Assembly (NCBI GenBank): GCA_027008775.1
Contig: JALVDV010000009.1
Location: 1-48,080 of the forward strand
Length of the DNA stretch: 48,080 nt
DNA from: Candidatus Moraniibacteriota bacterium
GTDB lineage: Bacteria; Patescibacteriota; Minisyncoccia; Moranbacterales; DUUL01
Direction: 5' to 3'
Of this stretch, positions 20,358 through 30,081 are shown in pieces. How positions within the stretch are numbered: position 1 is the first letter of the stretch; each line of letters begins with the position of its first letter. The notes beneath the pieces were generated by a model. That model made no database searches and was not told where the DNA came from. It saw nothing but the letters and a program-made list of their open reading frames with translations. Position numbers and translations under genes: made by a program.

Positions 20358-20547
20358 AATTATATTAACTTTTAAATCCGTTAATAACTCGTGGGCAACA
20401 GTTTTTTTACAACCCTTCTTTCTTTGGTTTACCATCCTTTACTACTCTCATCAATCTATCTCTCTTCCCGGCTTCTACCTCTAGACAGGTTGGGCACAAG
20501 GCTTTCAACTTTGACAAATCACCATCCCAATCAATCGGACGAAAAAC

Positions 20548-23403
20548 TTAAACCACCAAATTAATCAATCTGCCTGGGACAAAGATTGTTTTTTTGATTT
20601 CTTTGCCCTCGGTGTATTTTTTTATTTTCTCACTGGCCAGAGCTTTTTCCTTGGCTTCTTTTTCGGAAATATCCGCTGGGACTTTTATTTTATCTCGCAC
20701 TTTGCCATTTACTTGGATGACCAACTCTGTGGTTTCTTCTTGAATAAATTTAGAATCATATTGAGGCCATTTTTGGTCTAAAATAAAATCTTTTTTGCCC
20801 AACTGTTCCCATAAATATTGGCTAAGGTGGGGAGCGAAGGGAGAAAGTAAAATCAGAAAGTTTTCCATTACTTTTAGCAAAGTCGCGGAACTACGCGGAC
20901 TTGACGCTGAACCACGCAGAATATTTTTTCCCACGCCACTTTGTATTCTTTCTGCGTCCTTCTGCGTTTGTTCTACGTCTGTTTGCGGCTGCGAAACGAT
21001 TCGTGAAGCGGTATTAATAAAAATCATCAATTTGCTGATAGCCGTGTTGAATTTTAGTTCTTCTATATCTTCAGTGACCCCTTTGATTGTTTTATGCAGA
21101 ATAAATGGTAATTTTTTGTCTATCTCAAAACTTTTTCCTTCCCGGCAATCAATCAAATTTTTTTCTTGAAAAATTTTCCAAACTTTTTGCAAAAAATTGT
21201 AAACTCCTTTAACACCCTCCTCTTTCCACATTACGTCTTCCTCTAAAGGACCGGCAAACATCATATACATTCGCGTGGCATCGGCTCCAAATTGTTTGAC
21301 CATATCGTCAGGGTTAACTACATTGCCTTTGGATTTGCTCATTTTCATACCATTTTTATCCAAAACCATCCCTTGGTGACGCAATTTCAAAAATGGCTCA
21401 TTGAAGCTAACCAGTCCCATTTTATACATCGCTTTCACAAAAAATCGGGCATACAAAAGATGCATATAAGTATGCTCCGCTCCGCCGATATATAAATCTA
21501 CCGGCAACCATCTTTTTAATTTCTCCGGACTGCAAAATTCTTTTTCGTTTTCCGGATCGGGATAACGCAAGAAATACCAAGAAGAATCCACAAAAGTATC
21601 CATGGTATCCACTTCCGGTGTCCAACCTTTACCAAAAATTTTCTCCGTTCGCTCTTTCAACTCTTTTGATTTCGCCAAAGGCGCCGTTCCGGTCGGCTTA
21701 AAATCCACATCTTCCGGTAGCAACCACGGTAAATTTTCCTCACCGACAAATTTCGCTTCACCTTCCGGCGAATAAACAATTGGAATTGGACAGCCCCAAT
21801 AGCGTTGCCGAGAAATGGACCAATCCCGCAAACGATAATTAGTCGTCATCTCTCCACCCACAAATTCCGTAATCGCTTTCTTCGCCTCCTCGCTGTTCAT
21901 ACCGTCAAATTGTCCGGAGTTAATTAATACATTTTTACTAATAGAATGAAAGTTAATTATTCTTTTCGCACTCAAATTTTTTTTATATCCAAAATAATCG
22001 TGACTTTCAAATTCTAAAACTGTGCTTGTCCTTGATATTATCTTAGTTTTATTTGGATGAGTATGTTTCAACACCCAATCAAAAAAATTATTGATTTTTT
22101 CTTGTGCGTCTATTTTAAACTTACTATCTACTACATACTTAATCCTATATTTAGTTACATATCTAATCGGCAAATCATATTTTTTAGCAAACTCAAAATC
22201 CCTCTCATCATGTGCCGGGACTGCCATAATTGCTCCGGTTCCGTATCCGCCTAAAACATAGTCCGCTACAAAAATCGGAATCTCTGCTTCTGACGAAACC
22301 GCGGACTCACGCGGACTTAACGCCGAACCACGCAGAATATTTTTTTTCACGTCCTTCTGTATCTGTTCTGCGTCGGTTTGCGATTGCGAAAGCATTTTCG
22401 CAATAGCCGGGTTAATCGCCACCAATCCCTCCAATTTTACACCTGTTTTCTCTTTACTTTCCAACCTTTCCATTTCCGTTTTATTCTTCGCCCGCTCTAT
22501 ATACTTTTTCACTTCACTCCAGTTTTTAATTTCCAATTTCAATTTTTCTATCAACGGATGTTCCGGCGCCAGTACTAAATAAGTCGCGCCAAAGAGAGTG
22601 TCCGGTCTTGTGGTAAATACAGAAATTTCATCATTCAAAGTTTCACGTTCTTCCGTGTTAGTCTGCGTTAAGTCTGCGTCGGTCTGCGAAGATTTCTTTA
22701 TTCTGAAAGAAATCTTAGCTCCTTCCGACTTCCCTATCCAATTAATCTGATTCTTCTTCGTCGCTTCCGGCCAGTCCACTTTGTCCAAGTCGTTGATTAA
22801 ATCCTCGGCAAAGTCGGTAATTTTGAAAAACCAACCGGGTACTTCTTTTTGCTCAATCTCCGTTTTACATCGTTCGCATTTTCCGTTTTCCACTTGCTCG
22901 TTGGCAATGCCCGTATTGCAAGAAGGACACCAGTTTATCTTATCTGTCTTTCGCTCCACCAAACCGTTTTCAAAAAACTTGCCGAAAAGCCATTGGGTCC
23001 ATTTGTAATAGGACGAGTCGGAAGTATAAATCAAGTGATCCAAATCATGCCCCAAGCCGAGCATTTTCATTTGCCGAATATAGTTTTCGGTATTCTTTTT
23101 GGTGGTTTCTTTGGGATGAATACCGGTTTTGACAGCGTAATTTTCCGCCGGCAAACCGAAAGAATCAAAACCTTGGGGGTGCAAAACATCAAAACCCCGC
23201 AACCTTTTGTAGCGGTAAATTATGTCCGAAGCGGTGTAGCTTTCCGTGTGTCCCATATGCAAACCATCCCCGGAAGGATACGGAAACATATCCAAGACAT
23301 AATACTTAGGTTTGTCTTTTTGGTCACGATGAAAATAAGCCTTATTTTCCTCCCATTTTTTCTGCACTTCTTTTTCAATTTTTCTCGGGTTGTATTTTTT
23401 CAT
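20548..23403 (-). CDS. leuS: Leucyl-tRNA synthetase with several insertions
   Basis: MFPYPSG, HMGH, FTTRPDT, DWSISRQRYWG, KMSKS and QVNGKVR motifs. Confidence 0.97.
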   Translation of the reverse strand: MKKYNPRKIEKEVQKKWEENKAYFHRDQKDKPKYYVLDMFPYPSGDGLHMGHTESYTASDIIYRYKRLRGFDVLHPQGFDSFGLPAENYAVKTGIHPKETTKKNTENYIRQMKMLGLGHDLDHLIYTSDSSYYKWTQWLFGKFFENGLVERKTDKINWCPSCNTGIANEQVENGKCERCKTEIEQKEVPGWFFKITDFAEDLINDLDKVDWPEATKKNQINWIGKSEGAKISFRIKKSSQTDADLTQTNTEERETLNDEISVFTTRPDTLFGATYLVLAPEHPLIEKLKLEIKNWSEVKKYIERAKNKTEMERLESKEKTGVKLEGLVAINPAIAKMLSQSQTDAEQIQKDVKKNILRGSALSPRESAVSSEAEIPIFVADYVLGGYGTGAIMAVPAHDERDFEFAKKYDLPIRYVTKYRIKYVVDSKFKIDAQEKINNFFDWVLKHTHPNKTKIISRTSTVLEFESHDYFGYKKNLSAKRIINFHSISKNVLINSGQFDGMNSEEAKKAITEFVGGEMTTNYRLRDWSISRQRYWGCPIPIVYSPEGEAKFVGEENLPWLLPEDVDFKPTGTAPLAKSKELKERTEKIFGKGWTPEVDTMDTFVDSSWYFLRYPDPENEKEFCSPEKLKRWLPVDLYIGGAEHTYMHLLYARFFVKAMYKMGLVSFNEPFLKLRHQGMVLDKNGMKMSKSKGNVVNPDDMVKQFGADATRMYMMFAGPLEEDVMWKEEGVKGVYNFLQKVWKIFQEKNLIDCREGKSFEIDKKLPFILHKTIKGVTEDIEELKFNTAISKLMIFINTASRIVSQPQTDVEQTQKDAERIQSGVGKNILRGSASSPRSSATLLKVMENFLILLSPFAPHLSQYLWEQLGKKDFILDQKWPQYDSKFIQEETTELVIQVNGKVRDKIKVPADISEKEAKEKALASEKIKKYTEGKEIKKTIFVPGRLINLVV
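20884..20993. repeat. In-frame imperfect palindromic element inside leuS (copy C)
   Basis: Arms built of ACGC(A/G/T)GA units at 10-11 nt period in inverted orientation; encodes SQPQTDVEQTQKDAE...KNILRGSASSPRSSA. Confidence 0.8.
22300..22388. repeat. In-frame imperfect palindromic element inside leuS (copy B)
   Basis: Homologous to 20884-20993; encodes SQSQTDAEQIQKDVKKNILRGSALSPRESA. Confidence 0.8.
22651..22688. repeat. Single arm of the same leuS element (copy A)
   Basis: TTCCGTGTTAGTCTGCGTTAAGTCTGCGTCGGTCTGCG; encodes SQTDADLTQTNTE. Confidence 0.7.
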
Positions 23404-23516
23404 AAATTTATTTCTTGGTTAAAAAATTTTTGCTCAGCGGAAAAATAGGAATTTTGCGAAATTGTTACTAAGCACTTTTTTATTATAATAAAAATGCTTG
23501 TTTTTACAAATATTTT

Positions 23517-23553
23517 AAAAGGACGGTTGAAAAATTAGAATCAACCGTCCTTT
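23517..23553 (-). terminator. Intrinsic terminator
   Basis: AAAGGACGGTTGA-loop-TCAACCGTCCTTT perfect stem immediately after the 23557 stop. Confidence 0.75.
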
Positions 23554-23556
23554 GCT

Positions 23557-24141
23557 TTAGAGTTCACTTTTTTGGGTGTCCCAGGGAAATTTTCCGTCTA
23601 AAAAAATACTCACAGGGCACCCATCCTTCTCTCCTCTTATGACCACCCTGCCATTAACGAGGGTGACCGTATAGTTTTCATGAAGTTTTGCTAATAGGGT
23701 GCCTAACAAAACTTCTCGGGAGAGATTCATATTTTTAACCACCCCCGCATTAGCGAAGGCGGAAAGGATTGCTCTAAAAATTTCTACCGGCATGTCATTA
23801 ATAAATTGCCGGGGATCTGAAATACTGTACTCACCTGGTAGATCAAAATAGGTTTCCACCAGTTTTTCTGCCGGAACTGCAGGATCCACTCTCAACAAAA
23901 GATCTTTTATTGACACTTCGGGAAAATGGCTGATAAATTTTTTTACATGTCTAAACCTCATGCGAACTGGAGATTCAGGGTTGCACATAGAGGAACAAAC
24001 TGGGTATGCAACCCCAAGCAGAGCTGCCAGTTCCTTTACCGAAAGCCTCTTTTCGCTAAAGGAGAGCATGGCCTCTCTCACCAGCCCTGTCTTTTCTTTT
24101 TTTACCGGAGTTTTATCCGGCAAATCCTTGATATTCACCAT
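23557..24141 (-). CDS. Hypothetical protein with possible N-terminal XRE/Cro-like HTH
   Basis: LSVKELAALLGVAYPVCS segment; AGGAG RBS; start overlaps the end of the upstream gene. Confidence 0.55.
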   Translation of the reverse strand: MVNIKDLPDKTPVKKEKTGLVREAMLSFSEKRLSVKELAALLGVAYPVCSSMCNPESPVRMRFRHVKKFISHFPEVSIKDLLLRVDPAVPAEKLVETYFDLPGEYSISDPRQFINDMPVEIFRAILSAFANAGVVKNMNLSREVLLGTLLAKLHENYTVTLVNGRVVIRGEKDGCPVSIFLDGKFPWDTQKSEL

Positions 24142-25450
24142 TGTGATTCTCCTTTTTTTTCACAATTTCCCCGGTGACAACATATGCAATCACCAGGAAT
24201 AAGATAAAACAACCCAATTGTGTCTGGTTCTTGGCTTTGAAGAGCCAAGAAAGGTAAACCAGACATAAAGTTAAAAAAACTATCAGAGCCGGCTTTGGGA
24301 CTTTTTTGGTTATCCCTCGGCCGAAGTGGACAAAGCGGATTGTGCTCACTGACAATACAACAGTCAAAAGCACGATTGTCACTTTGATTAATTCGGGGAG
24401 AGGTGTTAAATATGCTCCCCAAACAGTTATGGTCCCAGCCGGACTGGGCAGGCCGAAGAAAAGTTCCGGACGGTAGTCCGGTCTTTTTTTGTCAACCAAG
24501 ACAAATCTCAATAGCCGATAAAAAATGGCTAAGAGATAAGTACCGGCCAGTGGACCGGCCAAATCGGGGTTGGCAGTTTCTTGGAAAATCAAGAAACTGG
24601 GCGCCAAGCCGAAATTAACCAAATCAGCTAAGTCATCCAGCCAAGGTCCAGCCTTGGTGCCTCCATGTTTGACGGCCATCCGACCATCCAGGAGGTCAAA
24701 AATTTGACCGAGCATGGAGGTCAACACCGCCAACATTAAATCTCCCTGCCAAATGAAATAAATGCTCCCTAAACCGCAAAGCAGGTTTAGCAGGGATAAA
24801 ATGTCGGCGTATGATTTGTTCGGGATGATTTTAAATGCGGCCGAACAAATTGCCAACACAAGGCAAGCCGTCATTATTTGCTCGGTCAGATCCGGTAGAA
24901 AACTACCGGTCTGAAGAACAAAAACGTAGGGAAAAATAGCAAAGGCTAAGGTGGCCTTTATTTTCCCAAACAAATTGGCGGCCACCGATAAGTTATGCTT
25001 CTCGGCAACCCGCCTAACCAAAGTCTGTCCCAACAGTTCCGCCAGAATAAAAGCGACAGACTGCCAAAATGGCAGAATACCCACAACAACAAAATAACCA
25101 ATTGGAAGCAGATAGGTTATTTTGTCGCAGAGAGGGTCAAGCTTTTCTCCGCGACGACTGACCAGTTCAGTCGCCCGGGCCAGCATACCATCTAAAGCAT
25201 CACCAAAGGAGGCAATAATGTAGATGGCAATGCCGATTTTGTGATAATCCAAGATGTAAAAGATAATTCCCACAAAAGATAAAAAGACCCGACCATAACA
25301 AACCCAATCCGGATGGAAGGGGTTTCTCTTTTTGTTTTGAAAGGATATCAAATAGTTCACCACCCTTTCCTCCTCCAACAACCTGGCTATACTCAAAAGA
25401 ATAGCCAAGCAACAAATGCAAACAACCAAAATTAATAGCAAATTTTCCAT
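24113..25450 (-). CDS. Tandem CDP-alcohol phosphatidyltransferase (PgsA-like + PssA-like fusion)
   Basis: Two signatures, DALDGMLAR..GEKLDPLCD and DLLDGRMAV..GPWLDDLAD; PssA-like FFGLPSPAG; GGAGGT RBS. Confidence 0.85.
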   Translation of the reverse strand: MENLLLILVVCICCLAILLSIARLLEEERVVNYLISFQNKKRNPFHPDWVCYGRVFLSFVGIIFYILDYHKIGIAIYIIASFGDALDGMLARATELVSRRGEKLDPLCDKITYLLPIGYFVVVGILPFWQSVAFILAELLGQTLVRRVAEKHNLSVAANLFGKIKATLAFAIFPYVFVLQTGSFLPDLTEQIMTACLVLAICSAAFKIIPNKSYADILSLLNLLCGLGSIYFIWQGDLMLAVLTSMLGQIFDLLDGRMAVKHGGTKAGPWLDDLADLVNFGLAPSFLIFQETANPDLAGPLAGTYLLAIFYRLLRFVLVDKKRPDYRPELFFGLPSPAGTITVWGAYLTPLPELIKVTIVLLTVVLSVSTIRFVHFGRGITKKVPKPALIVFLTLCLVYLSWLFKAKNQTQLGCFILFLVIAYVVTGEIVKKKENHNGEYQGFAG

Positions 25451-25533
25451 TTTTTATATACCTCCCAAAAAATTTTGATTTTTTATTGTCAATGAACACA
25501 AACTCTTTCATCTTTTTCAGATGAAAAAGTTGA

Positions 25534-25573
25534 TTTAACTTCCCAAAGAAATTCGTTTCTTTGGGAAGTTAAA
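25534..25573. other. Perfect 18-bp stem hairpin with TTCG loop
   Basis: TTTAACTTCCCAAAGAAA-TTCG-TTTCTTTGGGAAGTTAAA. Confidence 0.8.
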
Positions 25574-25901
25574 CTAACATATGATTCCAGATAAAGCAAC
25601 AGAAAAAGTTGTGATTTGTTCCTAAGATACTGACTGTTTCCAGAACACCGGCCTACATCTTGGGCGACTCTGTTTTTTTATTATGATGTTATTGATAATT
25701 TCATAATAAAAAGCTCGAGCGATTTGTTGTTGACAATATAAGCAACCAACTTTGGACAGTTCATTTTTATTTATATTTATGAACAGCACAACAACTGCTC
25801 CATAAAATTTGTATCTTATTTAGTGCGCCTTGTTTGCGTAAATAGATCAATAATCAACTGGAAAGAGTATTATGATATTATTGATAATATCATAATACTT
25901 A

Positions 25902-26022
25902 CCCTATAAACCCCCAGCATAGCTGGGGTGTATATTTGAAGGCATTTAACGTATGATAAAACCGTCCAGCCGGCAATTCGGCCGGCAGACTCTAAGCCAC
26001 CGGCAGAGCCGGTGGTCGATTA
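25902..26022 (+). mobile_element. Non-autonomous IS200-like miniature element (ends only, no tnpA)
   Basis: Left hairpin CTATAAACCCCCAGCATAGCTGGGG and right hairpin AAGCCACCGGCAGAGCCGGTGG..ATTA resemble IS200 subterminal hairpins (from recall); only about 120 bp in total. Confidence 0.65.
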
Positions 26023-26087
26023 CTTTAGTGCTAGTTGAGAGATTTCGTTTTTATTTGCGAGTGCAAAAATATTTATTTGTAATCTTT

Positions 26088-26585
26088 TTAAAGCCTGATG
26101 AGTTTTAGTTTGCCACTATCAGTATCCCAAACAGCAAAAGTGGCGGGGTAACGAATATTAGCGACATTGCCGGGGTTTATTAATCGGCAATGACCAATTT
26201 TCTCCTCCCAAGGTTGATGGGTGTGTCCATAGAAGACCAGGTCGTATTTTCCGCTGACTGCCAATTCACGAGCTTTTTCCGGAAAATGAACAAAGGCAAC
26301 TTTATATCCATCAAATTCCGCTTCTCCTACGGAAGGGAATATTTTTAAATTTGTTCCGGCAAACTTTTCACTCAAATTTTTATAGTCCCAATAGCCGGCG
26401 TCCATATTGCCCGGCACCAACAAAATTTTGCCGGGAAAGTTGGTTTGCAAAAATTCCACAGTTTCCTCCGAAGCGGTATCTCCGCAACAGATGATTGTTT
26501 CAACACTCTCTTTTTGACAATAATCCAAAACTTTTTGCAAATTAGCCAGATTATCGTGAATGTCGGAAATAATTGCGATTTTCAT
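26088..26585 (-). CDS. Metallophosphoesterase, YfcE/MJ0936 family
   Basis: SDIHDN, CGD, GNMD, GHTH and NPG motifs. Confidence 0.92.
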   Translation of the reverse strand: MKIAIISDIHDNLANLQKVLDYCQKESVETIICCGDTASEETVEFLQTNFPGKILLVPGNMDAGYWDYKNLSEKFAGTNLKIFPSVGEAEFDGYKVAFVHFPEKARELAVSGKYDLVFYGHTHQPWEEKIGHCRLINPGNVANIRYPATFAVWDTDSGKLKLIRL

Positions 26586-26975
26586 TTTTGTTTGAAAAAA
26601 TATTTACTTGAGAAAATGATTCTTGAAAATATTCTAAATAGAAATCAGCGGGCTCTTAAAAAACCACACAATCACCAACTCAAACACAATTACCGTCAAT
26701 AACTCAAAATACTATTATGATATTATCAATAATATCATAATGATTATATTCTCACCAATATATCGCCCGGCCTTGATAAACCGTATAATTGCAAGGGTGA
26801 TACGCAACATACTTTGTGAGCCTTGGAACTACTGCACTCCCCTTATTATGATATTATTGATAATATCATAATAACAAATTTTGCTTCGCCTGTATTGAGT
26901 GGCTATTATAAATGCTCCGTCCTTAGAAAGAGAGAGTTCTCGCTGGATTAAATTACGGCCGTGACTCTTCCAGTT

Positions 26976-27269
26976 TTAATTCTTTTCATTCAACAATTTT
27001 TCAAAAAAGTTCAACACCTTTTTCCCTCTGGGAGTGATTGTATGTAAAACTTCCATATTGGAATATTTTTTGTAAATGAAACCGGCCTTCTCCAGTTTTT
27101 GAATATGAGAAGCGGCTGTTTGATATTGAATCTTTACCTTGTCTGCAATTTTTTCAACGTTTAAGGCGGGAATTTTTTCAATCAAGATTAAAATTTTTAT
27201 TCGTTTTTTGTTGGCCAAAGCTTTGAAATAAATTTCCAATAGCTTTATTTGTTTCTCGCTGAAATTCAT
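26976..27269 (-). CDS. ArsR/SmtB-fold winged-helix DNA-binding protein (no cysteines)
   Basis: FKALANKKRIKIL..LNVEKIA..YQTAASHIQKLEKAGFI pattern; flanked on both sides by the 30-bp palindrome. Confidence 0.88.
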   Translation of the reverse strand: MNFSEKQIKLLEIYFKALANKKRIKILILIEKIPALNVEKIADKVKIQYQTAASHIQKLEKAGFIYKKYSNMEVLHTITPRGKKVLNFFEKLLNEKN

Positions 27270-27471
27270 ATTTTTCTTGTTTAAAATTTAACCCCTCCCC
27301 TATTATGATATTATCAATAATATCATAATAAAGCAAGTCCCCTTATAATAACGCCTTGTTTGTCAAACACATCGCAACCCGGGAAAACACTGAAGAGATA
27401 AGCAACTAAAATACTAAAAAAGCAAACAACTCTTGAGGTTTAATAAAAGGTACTATGTCAGTCGCTGTCTT

Positions 27472-28719
27472 TTATTGATTTTTTAAAATATTTTTTAACT
27501 CTTCTGTTTTTACAATTTGTCCTTCTTTGTTTGTCCGCTTTTTTAATTCTACCCCGCCGGCTTGCAGAGAGCGAGAAGAAACAACTAAACGCCAGGGAAA
27601 ACCGAGCAGATCGGCATCGGCGAATTTTTCCCCCGGCTTCTTGTCGGGACGGTCGTCCCAAAAAACTTCCACTCCTTCTTTGCGCAAATCTTGATAAATT
27701 TTTTCCGCTTCGTCTCCGGCATCAATATCAATCAAGTGAACTTGGAAAGGCGATACCTCCGCCGGCCAGACAATTCCCTTGTCGTCGGCAAAAACTTCCA
27801 CTATCGTCCCCAGCAAACGACTGATGCCGATTCCGTAACTGCCCATAAAAACAAAATGTTCTTTCCCGTTTTTATCTTTGAATTTCAAATCCAAGGGCTC
27901 GGAAAATTTTGTTCCCAGAGTAAAGATATTGCCGACTTCAATGGCCTTGGCTTCTTTCAGTTTATTTTTATTTTTGATACCTAATTCGGCCAATACCTCA
28001 TCGTTAAAAACCTCTCTGTTGACAGCCAAATTTTTTTCTTGGTCAATGTAAATAATGTCTTCACCCGCTTCGGAAAGAGTTTGAAATTCGTGAGAATATT
28101 TGGAAAAAGTTCCGCCACTGGCAAATGTTAAATATGTTAAATCACCCAGACCGACCCTGCGAAAAATGTTTTGGTAGGCCTTTTGGGCTTGTTCGTAAAA
28201 TTTATAATGCTCTTCTTCATTTTTGGAAAAGGAATAAAGAGCTTTCCAATAAAATTCTCGCCCGCGCATCAAACCGGACTTGGCGCGTTTTTCATTGCGA
28301 AACATGGTTCTGATATCGTAGGGATAGGCAGGTAAATCCCTGTGAGAAGAAATGAATGTTTTCATCAAATTGGTCATAGCTTCTTCGTGCGTAAAGGCCA
28401 AGCCCAAATCGGAACCGCTTTTGAGTTTGGTTTTAAACCAATTGTCAACCAATTCATCGTCCCAGCGATTAGTCTTTTCCCAATTAACTTTATTCTGCAG
28501 AACGGAATTTTTCATTTGTTGCCCGCCAATTTTATCCATCTCCTCTTTAATGATGGCGCTTATTTTTTCCAGAACGCGCAGGCCCAGGGGGAGCAATGAA
28601 TAGACTCCGGCCATTTCTTTGTAAACATAACCGGCGCGAATGAGCAGTTGAGCGTTGCGACTGACTTCATCTTTGGGGGCGAATTTTTGTGTTTTGGTAA
28701 ACAGTTCGGATTGTTTCAT
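27472..28719 (-). CDS. proS: Prolyl-tRNA synthetase, short form lacking the INS editing domain
   Basis: MKQSELF, LLIRAG, THEE, FRNE.R...GLMRGREF, IEVGNIF.LGTKFS and MGSYGIG motifs; 415 aa. Confidence 0.95.
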   Translation of the reverse strand: MKQSELFTKTQKFAPKDEVSRNAQLLIRAGYVYKEMAGVYSLLPLGLRVLEKISAIIKEEMDKIGGQQMKNSVLQNKVNWEKTNRWDDELVDNWFKTKLKSGSDLGLAFTHEEAMTNLMKTFISSHRDLPAYPYDIRTMFRNEKRAKSGLMRGREFYWKALYSFSKNEEEHYKFYEQAQKAYQNIFRRVGLGDLTYLTFASGGTFSKYSHEFQTLSEAGEDIIYIDQEKNLAVNREVFNDEVLAELGIKNKNKLKEAKAIEVGNIFTLGTKFSEPLDLKFKDKNGKEHFVFMGSYGIGISRLLGTIVEVFADDKGIVWPAEVSPFQVHLIDIDAGDEAEKIYQDLRKEGVEVFWDDRPDKKPGEKFADADLLGFPWRLVVSSRSLQAGGVELKKRTNKEGQIVKTEELKNILKNQ

Positions 28720-29763
28720 AAATTTGTTTTCTCTAAAAATTGTGATTTCCTATCTTAATTAAACACCAAAAAACCGATTGCGACAAGGGAGGAGAGAAGT
28801 CATTTACCGGCTTGAGATAAATTGCGAGGTTGTAATGTTAACTATGAATTACCATAAGCAATTAAAAAACGGGAACTGCGAATAATAAGCGATTATTCTT
28901 TGAATATTATGATATTATCAATAATATCATAATACCCATTTTTGGTTTTGATTATTTTCTTGGTCAATCTTTTTTAGATTATTGTCTTTTGACTGCAATC
29001 CTGGTTTAAATCTGAGTGATATTAAAATTAAAACAATGAAAAAAAGAAACAACAATGAGCTATAATAAGCTGGGAACAAAAATAGTTTATTTTACAGCTT
29101 ACAAATAGATATTGGGGATAATCGACAAAAGATAAACTGTCATTTTCAGATCAATTCAATCTGATTTTAAGTATTATGATATTATTGATAATTTCATAAT
29201 ACTATTGTTTTTTTGATAACTTGGAATTTCCCAGGATAAATTATATGTCCTGAGAATTAATGATGGGGTGACAACGACAAAGCAAAAATCTTAAAATTTT
29301 ATTTTCCGAATCGGGTGAACTTTTGTTATTATGATATTATTGATAATATCATAATACCTTTCTTTTAGCTGATTATTGTTCCCTGGTAAGTCACTGGTTC
29401 AAAGAATCATAAACGACAATTTGTCAGTTGGATTTCACTTTTGTCTATTATGATATTATCAATAATATCATAATAGCTTTTTTTGTTGGTCAGTTGGTGG
29501 GCTTGGAGAAAGCAAATAGAGGACAGATTATGATTTGCGAAATGGGTGATTTTATTCCTAGAAACAGGGCTTTTTGCCGGATTAAATATACGGGACAATT
29601 GATTTTTTCTTGTTGTGATATTGTTACAATTTATGACATCATTGTAATAGCAACCGTTCTTTCCGGAATTTACCGATTCCAAATGCATTATGAATACTGA
29701 AAAATTGGTCGTGAGTAGAAAACCGAGAGCTGTGAGTTGTTGTTCAGAAAATTAAATAAAGAG

Positions 29764-29783
29764 TTATCCACAGTTTTTCCACA
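29764..29783 (+). promoter_or_regulatory. Two tandem DnaA boxes
   Basis: TTATCCACA (29764-29772, consensus) and TTTTCCACA (29775-29783, one mismatch), 11-bp period. Confidence 0.65.
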
Positions 29784-29792
29784 GTGACTTGT

Positions 29793-29820
29793 TTGACATT
29801 TTTTGAGAAGATTTTATAAT
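29793..29820 (+). promoter_or_regulatory. Consensus sigma70 promoter
   Basis: TTGACA-N16-TATAAT. Confidence 0.75.
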
Positions 29821-29872
29821 GAGAGTGCATCGTTGTTTATTGCGATGACAAAATGAAAAGGAGGAATTTTTT

Positions 29873-29950
29873 ATGAAACGGTTTTTTTTCAGTTCTTTTG
29901 AGATAGGTGTATCTGGCGCATACAGGCAGCAGACAGAGACCAGGCCATAA
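29873..29950 (+). CDS. Putative 25-aa small peptide MKRFFFSSFEIGVSGAYRQQTETRP
   Basis: AAGGAGG RBS, consensus promoter upstream, terminator downstream; below the ORF-track cutoff. Confidence 0.5.
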   Translation: MKRFFFSSFEIGVSGAYRQQTETRP

Positions 29951-30081
29951 GATGCCAGAGCCCGGTAGGAGACGCGGACCATGCAGATAGTCTTTAGGAG
30001 GCCGCGGGACGGCCTCTAGCAAACACAAAGATAGCCTCTCTTGAGGTGTAAAAATAAAAAATCTCCGCAACACAACCACCA

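Noticed and set aside
29611-29638. Possible degenerate 13th palindrome (TGTTGTGATATTGTTACAATTTATGACA)
   Set aside because: The left arm has three mismatches, the right arm needs gaps, and the TG/CA core is absent; not counted.
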